A stretch of DNA of 64,000 nt from a virus (lineage: Duplodnaviria > Caudoviricetes): the IMG/VR virus record IMGVR_UViG_3300035498_000621, positions 1 to 64,000 of that record; one strand, given 5' to 3'. The notes under the pieces are model-generated. The model saw nothing but the letters and a program-made list of their open reading frames with translations. It did no database searches and had not been told where the DNA came from. A program made the translations under genes and the position numbers. This document shows, in pieces, positions 47,786 to 57,858 of the stretch (positions are counted from its first letter, which is position 1; every line of letters begins with the position of its first letter).

Positions 47786-48101
47786 TAAAATTAAAGAATT
47801 AGCTAAACGACATAAACAACTTATTGATAGTAATAATTATGATGAAAAAGAACTTGATACTATTTGTGATGAAATTGAGTTTCTTTTAAAATCATGTAAT
47901 GATTATGTATCAATTCGTAAAGACATTTTCTTCAATAATTTAGATAGTTATAATTGGCTTGTAGAGTCAATTATTGATGAGCCTGAAAGAACTCCTCAAT
48001 CTATACTTGTTGAAGATATTAAACTTGACCCTACAAATTATTTAACAGTTTTTGATTCTACTATTTTAGTTAAAGACGAACATGGAAAAGAAATTAAATG
48101 A
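47775..48101 (+). CDS. Hypothetical protein
   Basis: About 108 aa; N terminus resembles the previous ORF. Confidence 0.65.
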   Translation: MNVDKIKELAKRHKQLIDSNNYDEKELDTICDEIEFLLKSCNDYVSIRKDIFFNNLDSYNWLVESIIDEPERTPQSILVEDIKLDPTNYLTVFDSTILVKDEHGKEIK

Positions 48102-48393
48102 AGCACATTTCCAAAAACTTATAATGGAAAGACAACAACAAACTAATAGTCTAGATAAATTGAGTGATTATGGTTTGGATTTATGGGATAGTAAAATAAT
48201 AGAATATGGAAATAAATTATTTGATGAAATCTTAGGTCTTTATTTTACTGATGAAGGAGCTGAATGGATTTTTTGGTGGCTTTATGAAAAGAATGGAAAT
48301 TCTAATATTAATTGTTTTGATAGCGACCACAATGAAATTCCTACAGAAACTATACATGATCTTTGGCAAATAGTTAAAAATTATTTGAGATAA
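48082..48393 (+). CDS. Hypothetical protein
   Basis: 103 aa, WIFWWLYE. Confidence 0.7.
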   Translation: MEKKLNEAHFQKLIMERQQQTNSLDKLSDYGLDLWDSKIIEYGNKLFDEILGLYFTDEGAEWIFWWLYEKNGNSNINCFDSDHNEIPTETIHDLWQIVKNYLR

Positions 48394-48446
48394 ATTATTA
48401 TTAATATGGGCAGGATTAAATAATTCTGCCCTATTATTTATTTAAT

Positions 48447-49649
48447 ATGATAAAATATCTTCTTGGAAAAAGTAGTACTGGTAAATTTCGTTGGTGGACT
48501 TGTGAATGTGATGAAACAAATTATGGTGTACAAGGTTATGTAATAAAACGTAAATATGGACAAGTTAATGGAAAAGAAACTAATGGTCCTACCATATTTG
48601 TATCACATGGAAAAGCTAAACGAACAACTTATGAACAATTAGTGCTACAATTTAATAGTGAAGTTAAAAAACAATTAGATAAAGGCTATAAAGAAGTTCC
48701 TAAACATCCTAATGAATATACAGAAAAAGAACTTCAAGAAATCTATGGAGATATTAAAACAAGAGGAGAAGGTATTATTAAACCAATGTTGGCTAAACAA
48801 GCTGATAAAGTAGCTGCTAAAACTTTTGATAAAGAATATTACGGAAGTCGAAAAGTAAATGGGGTTAGATGTCTTATTTACTGTAATAATGGTAAAATTA
48901 AAACAGCTTCTAGAGGAGCTACTAATTATGATATAGCTATTTTGCATATTATTCAACATCCTCTAATAGAAACATTCTTTAAAAATCATCCAGATGCTAT
49001 TTTAGACGGAGAAGTTTATAAACATGGATTAACTTTGAATAAAATTAGCGGAATTTGTAGATCTCAGTCTACAGTTGATGATGGAAAAGACCTTGAATTT
49101 TATTGGTATGATATAGTCGATTTGGAACACTCTTTTACTGAAAGATATAAACTAATGAAAGAATGGTCTAAAGAGCTTCAGCTGTCTGAATTTAATCCAT
49201 ATAGACATTTTTCTGATGAAGAACTACATATTCAATTTCTACCACAAGTTGAAATTTCTGGTTATGATAATATGAAAAAACTTCATGATGAATATGTATC
49301 TGAAGGTTGGGAAGGTCTAGTAATACGATTAGCTTCTTCTGTTTATAAACCAGGTGCTCGTGGAAATGATTGGATAAAAATAAAAGTTTATAAGGATTCA
49401 GAATATCCTATTGTTGGTTTATCTGAAGGTCTCAGAGAAGAAGATATGTGTTTTATTCTAGAAACTCCTAATGGTCAACGATTTAATTGTAAACCAATGG
49501 GAGATAGAGAACAAAAACAATGGTATAGAGAACATATTAATGAACTGATAGGTAAAATGTTAACTATTAAATATTTCGAAATGTCCGGAGTAGAAGGTTC
49601 TGATGTTCCTCAACAACCTATTGGTATTTGTATTAGAGATTATGAATAA
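48447..49649 (+). CDS. ATP-dependent DNA ligase with WGR-like N terminus
   Basis: PMLAK, SRKVNGVRC, LDGEVY, WEGLVIR, WIKIK. Confidence 0.92.
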   Translation: MIKYLLGKSSTGKFRWWTCECDETNYGVQGYVIKRKYGQVNGKETNGPTIFVSHGKAKRTTYEQLVLQFNSEVKKQLDKGYKEVPKHPNEYTEKELQEIYGDIKTRGEGIIKPMLAKQADKVAAKTFDKEYYGSRKVNGVRCLIYCNNGKIKTASRGATNYDIAILHIIQHPLIETFFKNHPDAILDGEVYKHGLTLNKISGICRSQSTVDDGKDLEFYWYDIVDLEHSFTERYKLMKEWSKELQLSEFNPYRHFSDEELHIQFLPQVEISGYDNMKKLHDEYVSEGWEGLVIRLASSVYKPGARGNDWIKIKVYKDSEYPIVGLSEGLREEDMCFILETPNGQRFNCKPMGDREQKQWYREHINELIGKMLTIKYFEMSGVEGSDVPQQPIGICIRDYE

Positions 49650-49696
49650 ATATTATGATTTATCAATTAAAATTATAATTATTTTTAACAAATAAT

Positions 49697-50050
49697 ATGA
49701 AATTACCAAAATCATTTGTAATACATGGACATACTATTACAGTTAATATAGTAGAGTTTTGTGATGATCCATCTGTATTTGGTACTTATAATGATGTTAC
49801 TGAAGAAATAACTATTGCTACCAAAATTATGGATGGCACTAAAATACATGAATTGAGTCAAATACAAATAGAACATACATTTTTACACGAATTGATTCAT
49901 TGTTTTCAATTTCATGTAAAAGGAGAATTTGATGAAGGAGAAGCACAAGCTTATTCTGGATTACTTATTGAATTTTTTAAAACTAGTGGAATTAAAATAG
50001 ATCCTAATGTTATTAACGAACCAATTAATAATGACAATGAATACATTTGA
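49697..50050 (+). CDS. Small HExxH metallopeptidase-like protein
   Basis: HTFLHELIHC. Confidence 0.7.
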   Translation: MKLPKSFVIHGHTITVNIVEFCDDPSVFGTYNDVTEEITIATKIMDGTKIHELSQIQIEHTFLHELIHCFQFHVKGEFDEGEAQAYSGLLIEFFKTSGIKIDPNVINEPINNDNEYI

Positions 50051-50246
50051 TTTTCAAGAAGCACTATCTTATATTAAAGCAGGTTTGAGCGTATCTATTA
50101 ATATTGATAATAGAAAAAGAACATATAAACTTAATGATAATGGGAATATTATTTGTATTCCTAATGAAAAAGAATTTCTTTCTTATAAAGTAAAACATTT
50201 TCATATAGACGCAATTATGTCTAATGAATGGCAGCTATGTAATTAA
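50031..50246 (+). CDS. DUF2829 / Tad2-like anti-defence sponge candidate
   Basis: FDFQEALSYIKAG...DAIMSNEWQL. Confidence 0.6.
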   Translation: MTMNTFDFQEALSYIKAGLSVSINIDNRKRTYKLNDNGNIICIPNEKEFLSYKVKHFHIDAIMSNEWQLCN

Positions 50247-50247
50247 A

Positions 50248-50976
50248 ATGTTAGAAATTAAAACATTAGCCGATTGGGCAAAAATTCTCAAAGAACTTGA
50301 TTTTCATTCTGAATCTTGCCAATTTTTAGATCAAGAATTAACTGGAATTGATTGGCATCATGATAATGAACATATTGTTCTTTATACTAATTATACTAAA
50401 GATTATTATGAGTTTCTAAAAAATCTTCCTGAAAATACAGAATTTACTCCTGATTGGAATAAATGTGAAGTAAGAAGTATTGAATTATATACTAAAGAAT
50501 TTGGCTATCCAGAAGGAAAAGTAGATTTTAGTGATAATTGGATTGGAAATATACTTCTTTCTTGTGATGATCCTTATGAAAATTTTAAAAGTCTTACTGT
50601 AGAGAATTTTCATAAAGCTTTATTAATGATTAGAAATCCTATTACAACTAAAAATGAAATAATTAAAGGATTTATTTCTGAAATGGATATTTTTCTTAAT
50701 AAACATAGTGAAATATTAAAGAAACTTGGGTTTAAAGAAAAAAGTAGTTCCATATTAAATGTAGGATCAGAAACTCATGAAACAGAACCTTGGATAGAAT
50801 ATATTAATGATAATGGTTATAATAATTTAATTATTAGTTATAATATATTTACAGATATTTTATATTATACTAAATACATAAAATCTAATAACGATTATCT
50901 TTGTTATCAAGTAAATGTTAATGATTTAACTTGTGAAGAATTTGAAAAGGAATTAACAGAATATTTAAATAATTAA
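50248..50976 (+). CDS. Hypothetical protein
   Basis: About 242 aa. Confidence 0.7.
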   Translation: MLEIKTLADWAKILKELDFHSESCQFLDQELTGIDWHHDNEHIVLYTNYTKDYYEFLKNLPENTEFTPDWNKCEVRSIELYTKEFGYPEGKVDFSDNWIGNILLSCDDPYENFKSLTVENFHKALLMIRNPITTKNEIIKGFISEMDIFLNKHSEILKKLGFKEKSSSILNVGSETHETEPWIEYINDNGYNNLIISYNIFTDILYYTKYIKSNNDYLCYQVNVNDLTCEEFEKELTEYLNN

Positions 50977-50978
50977 AG

Positions 50979-52352
50979 ATGAAGTTAATAAAAAGTAAAA
51001 AAGCAAGTGAAAACTATTTATCTAAAATAGTTAAAATAGAAACATTTCGTAAGCATAATGATCCAGAAGTAACTAAATTAAAATGTTGTGCTATAGATGG
51101 TTTCAATATAATTACTGGTATAGATTCAAAACCTGGATTATATATTTATTTTCCTGTATTATCTCAAATAAATAGTGATTTTTTAAGTTTTGCTAATTTA
51201 TATAGGCATAAAGAATTAAACAAAGATCCAGAACAATCTGGAATGTTTGAGGATAATGGCAGAGTTAAAGCTATTAAATTAAGAGGAGAATTATCTGAAG
51301 GATTTATTATTCCTATTACTATCTTTGAAAATTATATTATATCAGTAACAAATAAAGAACTTGAAAATGTCAAAGAAAATACGGAATTTGATGCAATCGA
51401 ACATAATGGAAAAGAATTCTGGATTAGTAAAAAGTATCTCCCAAAAAGAGAAAATTATGAAAAACAAAGCACAGGTAATGGCAAAATCAAAAAAGTGTCA
51501 AAAAGATATGATAGAGTTATTGACACCCAATTTAGATACCATTACAACACAGTTGTTATTAAGAAATGTCCTTTCGTATTAACTCCAAATTCTATTATTC
51601 AAATATCTGGTAAAATACATGGAACATCTGGCATTTCAGCATATGTATTATGCCATAAAAAGTTATCTTTAAAAGAAAAAATTGCTAAATGGTTAACTGG
51701 AAATCAATTTGATGCTTATGACTATTTATATTCATCTCGAACTGTTATAAAAAATAAATATTATAATAAAGAAATTACAGATGGATATTATGGAATAGAT
51801 GTATGGGCAGAAGCTGATAAAATTGTTAAACCGCATCTTGAAAAAGGGCAAATAGCTTATTATGAAATAGTAGGATTTCTTCCAACTGGAGCATATATTC
51901 AGAAAAATTATGATTATGGATGCGTAGCACCAAAAAAAGGAGAAAAATATACTCCAGAAAAACATTTTAAAGTAAGAATTTATCGTATTACTTATACTAA
52001 TGTAGATGGGGATGTTCTTGAATATACTACTCATCAAGTTCAACAATGGTGTGAAAAAACAGGATTAATTCCTGTGAAAGAATACTATTATGGTAAAGCT
52101 AAAGATCTTTATCCTGAATTAAATAATTGTGATAATTGGAATGAATGTTTCATAGATAAACTTGCTAATGATGCTAATTTTAATATGGAACAACTTTCTC
52201 CTGATTGTAATAATAAAGTTCCACATGAAGGTATTGTAATTAAAATTGAGGATGGAATGTCTAGAGCTTTCAAATTAAAATCTTTTGCCTTTATTAATAA
52301 AGAACAACAAGCTTTAGATAAAGGTGAGGAAAATATAGAAGATGAAAATTAA
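50979..52352 (+). CDS. RNA ligase (Rnl2-like) with N-terminal OB-like domain
   Basis: RVKAIKLRGELSEG, KIHGTSG, YYEIVG, HEGIVIK, FKLKS. Confidence 0.85.
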   Translation: MKLIKSKKASENYLSKIVKIETFRKHNDPEVTKLKCCAIDGFNIITGIDSKPGLYIYFPVLSQINSDFLSFANLYRHKELNKDPEQSGMFEDNGRVKAIKLRGELSEGFIIPITIFENYIISVTNKELENVKENTEFDAIEHNGKEFWISKKYLPKRENYEKQSTGNGKIKKVSKRYDRVIDTQFRYHYNTVVIKKCPFVLTPNSIIQISGKIHGTSGISAYVLCHKKLSLKEKIAKWLTGNQFDAYDYLYSSRTVIKNKYYNKEITDGYYGIDVWAEADKIVKPHLEKGQIAYYEIVGFLPTGAYIQKNYDYGCVAPKKGEKYTPEKHFKVRIYRITYTNVDGDVLEYTTHQVQQWCEKTGLIPVKEYYYGKAKDLYPELNNCDNWNECFIDKLANDANFNMEQLSPDCNNKVPHEGIVIKIEDGMSRAFKLKSFAFINKEQQALDKGEENIEDEN

Positions 52353-52377
52353 TATTAATTATTTTATTTAAATAAAA

Positions 52378-52791
52378 ATGGAAACACTTGATAATAAAAT
52401 CATTGAAATTTTTAATAATCTTATTGAATCTAGAACTAAATATATTGATTGTATCAATTATTATGGACAAAATATTGTTTATAATCTTGGTCCTAATTTG
52501 AGAGTTCATTTGATATTGCAAAGAAGTATTGAACCTAATGTTAAAGAAAATCAACCTAGTACAATTGAAGATTTATTTTCAAAGAATTCTGAAATTTATT
52601 TTCAATTTCCACAAGAAACTGGACATATTAACTTTTTGTTAGTAATAAATGAAAAAACATATTATGTTCCTAAAATGGATAGAATTAACGAGGCACGTAC
52701 TTTGAGTGCTCTTGAAGAAACTATTGCTGAATATGAATCTGATGTTCTTGATAAAGTTTACAAAAAAATAGAATTAGAAGAATATCTTTAA
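52378..52791 (+). CDS. Hypothetical protein
   Basis: 137 aa. Confidence 0.7.
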   Translation: METLDNKIIEIFNNLIESRTKYIDCINYYGQNIVYNLGPNLRVHLILQRSIEPNVKENQPSTIEDLFSKNSEIYFQFPQETGHINFLLVINEKTYYVPKMDRINEARTLSALEETIAEYESDVLDKVYKKIELEEYL

Positions 52792-52793
52792 AT

Positions 52794-53651
52794 ATGAAAC
52801 CTATAACTATAGGGCAAACAATAACTGATAGGCAAGATGCATCCTTAAGTATATATTTTAAGGATGTATCTAAACAGCCTATGATTGATATTAACGAAGA
52901 AATAGCATTAGCTAAGCGTGTTCAAAAAGGTGATAAACAAGCTTTAGATAAATTAGTTAAAGCTAATCTTCGTTTTGCTATATCTGTTGCTAAACAATAT
53001 CAAAATAAAGGTTTGAGTTTAGTTGATTTAATTCAAGAAGCTTCATTTGGTTTAATAGAAGCAGCTAAGAAATATGATCCTGATAGAGGATATAAATTTA
53101 TATCTTATGCTGTATGGTGGATAAGACAAGCTATAATGCGAGCTATATCAGAACAATGTAGAACTGTTAGAGTTCCAATGAATCAAATAGCAAATTTGAA
53201 TAAAATTAATAAAGTCGCTGATAAATTTGAAAAAGAATATCAACGAAAACCATCTAATGAAGAATTAGAAGAAGAAACTAAAATAGAATCTAATAAAATT
53301 TCTTTAGCTATAACTTCCATTGGGCAATCTCTTTCATTAGATGCTCCTTTTAGTACAGATCAAGAAGCAGGATGTTTACTTGACGTAATTCCAAATAATA
53401 ATTCTATTAATACAGATAGTCAAGCAATTGATGAATCTATTTCTAAAGAATTAGAATCAGTTTTATATAAATTATCAAATAGAGAAGGTGATGTTATAAG
53501 AATGTCTTTTGGATTAGGAATGTTTCCTATGACATTAGAAGAAATTGCTATTCGATTTGGAATTGGTGCAGAAAGAGTTAGACAAATTCAACATGAAGCT
53601 TTATGTAAAATTAAAGAAAAATATAGTAAAGAATTAAAAGAATTATTATAA
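52794..53651 (+). CDS. RNA polymerase sigma70 factor (RpoD/SigA-like)
   Basis: ANLRFAISVAKQY, DLIQE, FISYAVWWIRQAI, TLEEIA...ERVRQI. Confidence 0.94.
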   Translation: MKPITIGQTITDRQDASLSIYFKDVSKQPMIDINEEIALAKRVQKGDKQALDKLVKANLRFAISVAKQYQNKGLSLVDLIQEASFGLIEAAKKYDPDRGYKFISYAVWWIRQAIMRAISEQCRTVRVPMNQIANLNKINKVADKFEKEYQRKPSNEELEEETKIESNKISLAITSIGQSLSLDAPFSTDQEAGCLLDVIPNNNSINTDSQAIDESISKELESVLYKLSNREGDVIRMSFGLGMFPMTLEEIAIRFGIGAERVRQIQHEALCKIKEKYSKELKELL

Positions 53652-53654
53652 ATT

Positions 53655-53903
53655 ATGGAAAAATATTATTTGCTAGTTGATAATAAAATTACTGTTTGGA
53701 GACGAGATAAAGTTATGATTAAAGCAGAATCTTTAGAAGAAGCAATAAATATTGCAGAATCTGGAGAATATGACGATTGTATGGATGTTGAATATTTAGA
53801 TGAAACTGAAGTATATCTTCGTCCAGAAGAAAATAATGGAGAAATGACTTGTGAAATTATGGATAGAGATGGAAAAACTCTATGGCATAATGGTAATGAA
53901 TAA
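53655..53903 (+). CDS. Hypothetical protein
   Basis: 82 aa, AESLEEA. Confidence 0.7.
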   Translation: MEKYYLLVDNKITVWRRDKVMIKAESLEEAINIAESGEYDDCMDVEYLDETEVYLRPEENNGEMTCEIMDRDGKTLWHNGNE

Positions 53904-53905
53904 TT

Positions 53906-55852
53906 ATGATTTTAGAAGTATATGATCTTGAATGTTTAAGAAATTTATTTACATATACTGGATATTGTCCTAAAGAAGATAAATATTATCAATTTGTTAT
54001 ATGTAATTGGAGAAATGATTTAAAAGAATTATATAAACATCTTAATAGAGATAAATTAATTCAAGTAGGATTTAATAATCTTTCATATGATTATCCATTA
54101 GAACATCATTTACTTAATCATTTTGAAAATTATAAATATTTAACTGGACAAGAAGTAGCTCAAGCATTATATAATAAATCTCAAGAAATTATTGAACAAG
54201 AATTCAGTGTTATTGCTGATAAAAATACATATATACCTCAATTAGATTTATATAAAATACATCATTTAAATAATAAAGCACGTATGGCTAGTTTAAAAGA
54301 TTTAGAAATAGCTATGCGTATGGAAAATGTTGAAGAAATGCCTATTCATCATACTACATGGTGTAATCCTGGAGATGAAGAGTCAGTACTAGCATATAAC
54401 GCAAATGATGTTCTAGCTACTTATAAATTTTTATTAGTTACTATTGGAAAAACAGATTATCCAGTATATAAAGGAAGAAATAAAATAGAACTTCGACAAC
54501 AAATAAATAAGATGTTTAATATTAAATGTCTAAATTTACCAGATGTTGGAATGGGTTCTGAATTAATGCTTCAGTTATATTCTAGAGCTGTAAATAAAAA
54601 TCCATATGAAATAAAAAAATTAAGAACAGTACGAGGCCCAATAAAATTAAAAGATTGTGTTCCATTTTGGTGTAATATAAAATCTAAAGAATTTAATAAA
54701 TTTTTAGATATTATAAACAATACTACTGTTGTAGGAGAAAAAAAGGAATTTGAATGTACTATTAATTTTCATGGATATAATTTTAATTTTGGATTAGGAG
54801 GAAGTCATGGAGATTGTGGCCCTGGTGTTTATACTTCCGATTCTATTAATGTAATTGTTGATCTTGATGTTTCTTCACTATATCCTAGTATTGCTAAATC
54901 ATTAAATCTTTATCCTGAACATCTTGGCCCTGAATTTATGTCATTATATAGTGGTTTTATAGAAAAACGTATAGCTGAAAAACATAAACCAAAAAATGAA
55001 CGAAATAATGCATTAATTGAAGGATATAAATTAATTTTAAATGGCACATATGGAAAAAGTAATGAAGATAGTAGCTTTATGTTTGATAGATTATACACTT
55101 TCAAAACAACAATAGCTGGACAAATATTTATAGCTATGTGGGCTGAAAGAATGTATAATGCATGTGAAGGTAATATTAAATTTTTGCAAACGAACACTGA
55201 TGGTCAAACGATTTTAATAAATCGTAAGTACTTAGACAAAATTAGAGCAGTAAATGAACAATTAACTAAAGAAACTACTCTCGGCATTGAAGAAGTTTTA
55301 TATAGTAAAATGATAATGAGAGATGTTAATTCATATATTGCTGTATATGATGATAATACTTCTGAAAATGAGCATCTTAAATTAAAAGGATGTTTTGAAA
55401 TATTTCAAGAATATCATAAAGATCCATCTATGAGAATTGTACCTATGGCTCTTAAAGAATATTTTGTAAATAATGTTCCTATAAGAGATACTATTTTTAA
55501 TCATAAAGATATTTATGATTTTTGTTTAAGACTAAAAACAAATTCTAAATCTATTCCGATTTATAAGTATATAGATAATAATAAAATATGTACAAAAGAA
55601 TTGAATAGAACTACTAGATATTATATATCTAATAATGGTGGATCTTTGTTTAAAGAATTTAAAGAAAATCATAATATAGTTGGAGTAAATATTGGATATT
55701 CTGCAACTTTATTTAATAAATTTGTTAAAAAAGAAGATTTTAAAGATTATAATATTAACTATCAATTTTATATTGCTGAAGCAATGAAAATTGTGAATGT
55801 TATTAATAAAAACAACATACCAAATTTATTTGATTATGGGATGGCAAACTGA
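53906..55852 (+). CDS. Family B DNA polymerase
   Basis: Exo YDLE, GFNN..YD; DVSSLYPS, KLILNGTYGK, NTDG. Confidence 0.93.
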   Translation: MILEVYDLECLRNLFTYTGYCPKEDKYYQFVICNWRNDLKELYKHLNRDKLIQVGFNNLSYDYPLEHHLLNHFENYKYLTGQEVAQALYNKSQEIIEQEFSVIADKNTYIPQLDLYKIHHLNNKARMASLKDLEIAMRMENVEEMPIHHTTWCNPGDEESVLAYNANDVLATYKFLLVTIGKTDYPVYKGRNKIELRQQINKMFNIKCLNLPDVGMGSELMLQLYSRAVNKNPYEIKKLRTVRGPIKLKDCVPFWCNIKSKEFNKFLDIINNTTVVGEKKEFECTINFHGYNFNFGLGGSHGDCGPGVYTSDSINVIVDLDVSSLYPSIAKSLNLYPEHLGPEFMSLYSGFIEKRIAEKHKPKNERNNALIEGYKLILNGTYGKSNEDSSFMFDRLYTFKTTIAGQIFIAMWAERMYNACEGNIKFLQTNTDGQTILINRKYLDKIRAVNEQLTKETTLGIEEVLYSKMIMRDVNSYIAVYDDNTSENEHLKLKGCFEIFQEYHKDPSMRIVPMALKEYFVNNVPIRDTIFNHKDIYDFCLRLKTNSKSIPIYKYIDNNKICTKELNRTTRYYISNNGGSLFKEFKENHNIVGVNIGYSATLFNKFVKKEDFKDYNINYQFYIAEAMKIVNVINKNNIPNLFDYGMAN

Positions 55853-56240
55853 TTTATTTTGTAATATTACATTTAATAGAGAAACTTTTAACTCTAAATA
55901 TGATGTAGAAAATAAAATTGAAGAGGAAACTAGAACTCTAAATTATGCAAAAAATAGACTTAGAAATCTTGTTTATATGACCGAACCTAATAAATTTTGT
56001 CCTCCTGAACAAGATACTATTATATTTGTAGAAAATGAGTTTAATGATACTCTTGAAACTATTGAAGAATGTACAAGTAATCTAGTTAAATTATACATAT
56101 TATTGGATAATTGGGATTATTGTCATGATAAAAATGGTTTGGCAATTAATCCTCCTGATTCAATTACTTGGAAAACAGCTTATCTTGATGGAGATTTTGT
56201 TAAAACAGTCAAGAGACCTGATGCTAATGAATGTTTGTAA
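55836..56240 (+). CDS. Hypothetical protein
   Basis: Track ORF 55797; ATG 55836 likely. Confidence 0.7.
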   Translation: MGWQTDLFCNITFNRETFNSKYDVENKIEEETRTLNYAKNRLRNLVYMTEPNKFCPPEQDTIIFVENEFNDTLETIEECTSNLVKLYILLDNWDYCHDKNGLAINPPDSITWKTAYLDGDFVKTVKRPDANECL

Positions 56241-56483
56241 ATGAGTAAATTCGTAAATATTACAGTCAGTACTAATCTTAGTACTGACTTTTATATAGAA
56301 GTGCCTGATAATGCTTCTAATGATGATATAAAAAAATTAGCAGAAAAAGAAATTATCTTTCCTAATAAATATCCAGAATTTATTGATAAAATGCTTAAAG
56401 ATAAATGTGGAATTAATATTAATATAAAAGATAGTCTTTTAAAAAATTGGAATATTATTAATACTGAATATATTATTAAATGA
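56241..56483 (+). CDS. Hypothetical protein
   Basis: 80 aa; resembles the C-terminal part of ORF 57048. Confidence 0.65.
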   Translation: MSKFVNITVSTNLSTDFYIEVPDNASNDDIKKLAEKEIIFPNKYPEFIDKMLKDKCGININIKDSLLKNWNIINTEYIIK

Positions 56484-57046
56484 TTGGAGCACATAATACA
56501 TTATCTTATTTATCTCCAACACATAGTTGGATGAAAATATTTAATTTTATTTCTAAATGTCAAAAACATAATTTAGATGAATTAATTAAATTAGGTGTTA
56601 GATGTTTTGATATAAGAGTATGGTTTGATGAATTTAATGGAAGTGTAAGATTTGCTCATGGTGTTATGGATTATGGAAATGATTCTAATAAATTATTTAA
56701 TATATTAGATGAAATTTCTGAAAAAGTAAATGATCCTTATGTTCGTATTATATTAGAAAAGAAATATAATGAACATAGTAAATATTTATTTAAAATTTTA
56801 TGTGAAAAACTTCCAGAACAATATCCAAAAATTACTTTTTATGGAGGTAATTATAAAACAACATGGGAACAAATTCATTCATTTAATAATAATTTAGAAT
56901 CTCAAACAGATCAATACGTTGGATCTATGGCTAGTGATGCTAGATGGTATGAAAAATTTATTCCAATTTTTTATGCTAAAAGAATGAATAAAAAGAATTT
57001 AGAAAAAATAGATAATACTAAAATTAATTTATTTGATTTTATTTAA
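56480..57046 (+). CDS. PI-PLC X-domain-like phosphodiesterase
   Basis: GAHN, CQ, LGVRCFDIRV, AHG. Confidence 0.75.
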   Translation: MIGAHNTLSYLSPTHSWMKIFNFISKCQKHNLDELIKLGVRCFDIRVWFDEFNGSVRFAHGVMDYGNDSNKLFNILDEISEKVNDPYVRIILEKKYNEHSKYLFKILCEKLPEQYPKITFYGGNYKTTWEQIHSFNNNLESQTDQYVGSMASDARWYEKFIPIFYAKRMNKKNLEKIDNTKINLFDFI

Positions 57047-57047
57047 A

Positions 57048-57374
57048 ATGGAATCTGGATATTATCCTCCTGGTGCTGAATTTGATTCAACTGCACCTTA
57101 TAATGAGGAACCACAAGATGAAGAAGAAATTGAAGTTACAATTTCATTAAGTATAAGTAAAAATTTCAAATTATCTAGTAAAAATCATGAAAATGATTTA
57201 CATAATTTAGTTGATAATCAAGTAACACTACCTATTGATTTAGCAGATTGTGTAAATAGTATTTTTAAATATGATTTAGATTTAAAAGCTGCTGGTATGC
57301 CTTTATATTTAAAAATGGTATTAGAAGATTGTTCAGATTGGAATGTTGATGATTTTGAAATAATTCGTGAATAA
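57048..57374 (+). CDS. Hypothetical protein
   Basis: YPPGA...APYNE motif. Confidence 0.7.
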   Translation: MESGYYPPGAEFDSTAPYNEEPQDEEEIEVTISLSISKNFKLSSKNHENDLHNLVDNQVTLPIDLADCVNSIFKYDLDLKAAGMPLYLKMVLEDCSDWNVDDFEIIRE

Positions 57375-57555
57375 AATGTCTAATAAAGCACAATATCTAT
57401 TTGAAGTACAAAAAGCTATTAATCAAGCTATTGAAATTTATACTTGTTATAGAAATGAATCAGCTGGATTAATTAATCCTAAAACAGTTGAAAAACTTCG
57501 AAATCTTAAAGAAACTATTGTTAGAGAACAAACTAAAGCGTCTAAATTGAAATAA
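57367..57555 (+). CDS. Hypothetical protein
   Basis: 62 aa. Confidence 0.55.
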   Translation: MNKMSNKAQYLFEVQKAINQAIEIYTCYRNESAGLINPKTVEKLRNLKETIVREQTKASKLK

Positions 57556-57591
57556 AAAAATTTATATTTTCAATAATTATATTAGAAAATA

Positions 57592-57858
57592 ATGGAAAAT
57601 AATTTTAAAGAAGTATATACAAACGAAGATGGATATACTTTTTATATTGATAAAGAATTAACTGATTGGGCTAATCATTTAGAAAATGATAGACATTATG
57701 TAGTTTATTTGGTTAAATCGGGAGATATATCTGTCTCCCGATTATTGCTTAATAATAAAGAACAAAAAGTGCTTGATGAAATTCCTTTAGATAAAAGTCT
57801 TCATGAAGCATGTGCTAGAATTGATATTATTAAATTATGGAGTAAAGAAAATTTATGA
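57592..57858 (+). CDS. Hypothetical protein
   Basis: 88 aa. Confidence 0.65.
   Translation: MENNFKEVYTNEDGYTFYIDKELTDWANHLENDRHYVVYLVKSGDISVSRLLLNNKEQKVLDEIPLDKSLHEACARIDIIKLWSKENL

Noticed and set aside
41618-55852. Inteins or introns in nrdD, ligases or PolB
   Set aside because: Lengths are ordinary and the catalytic motifs are contiguous
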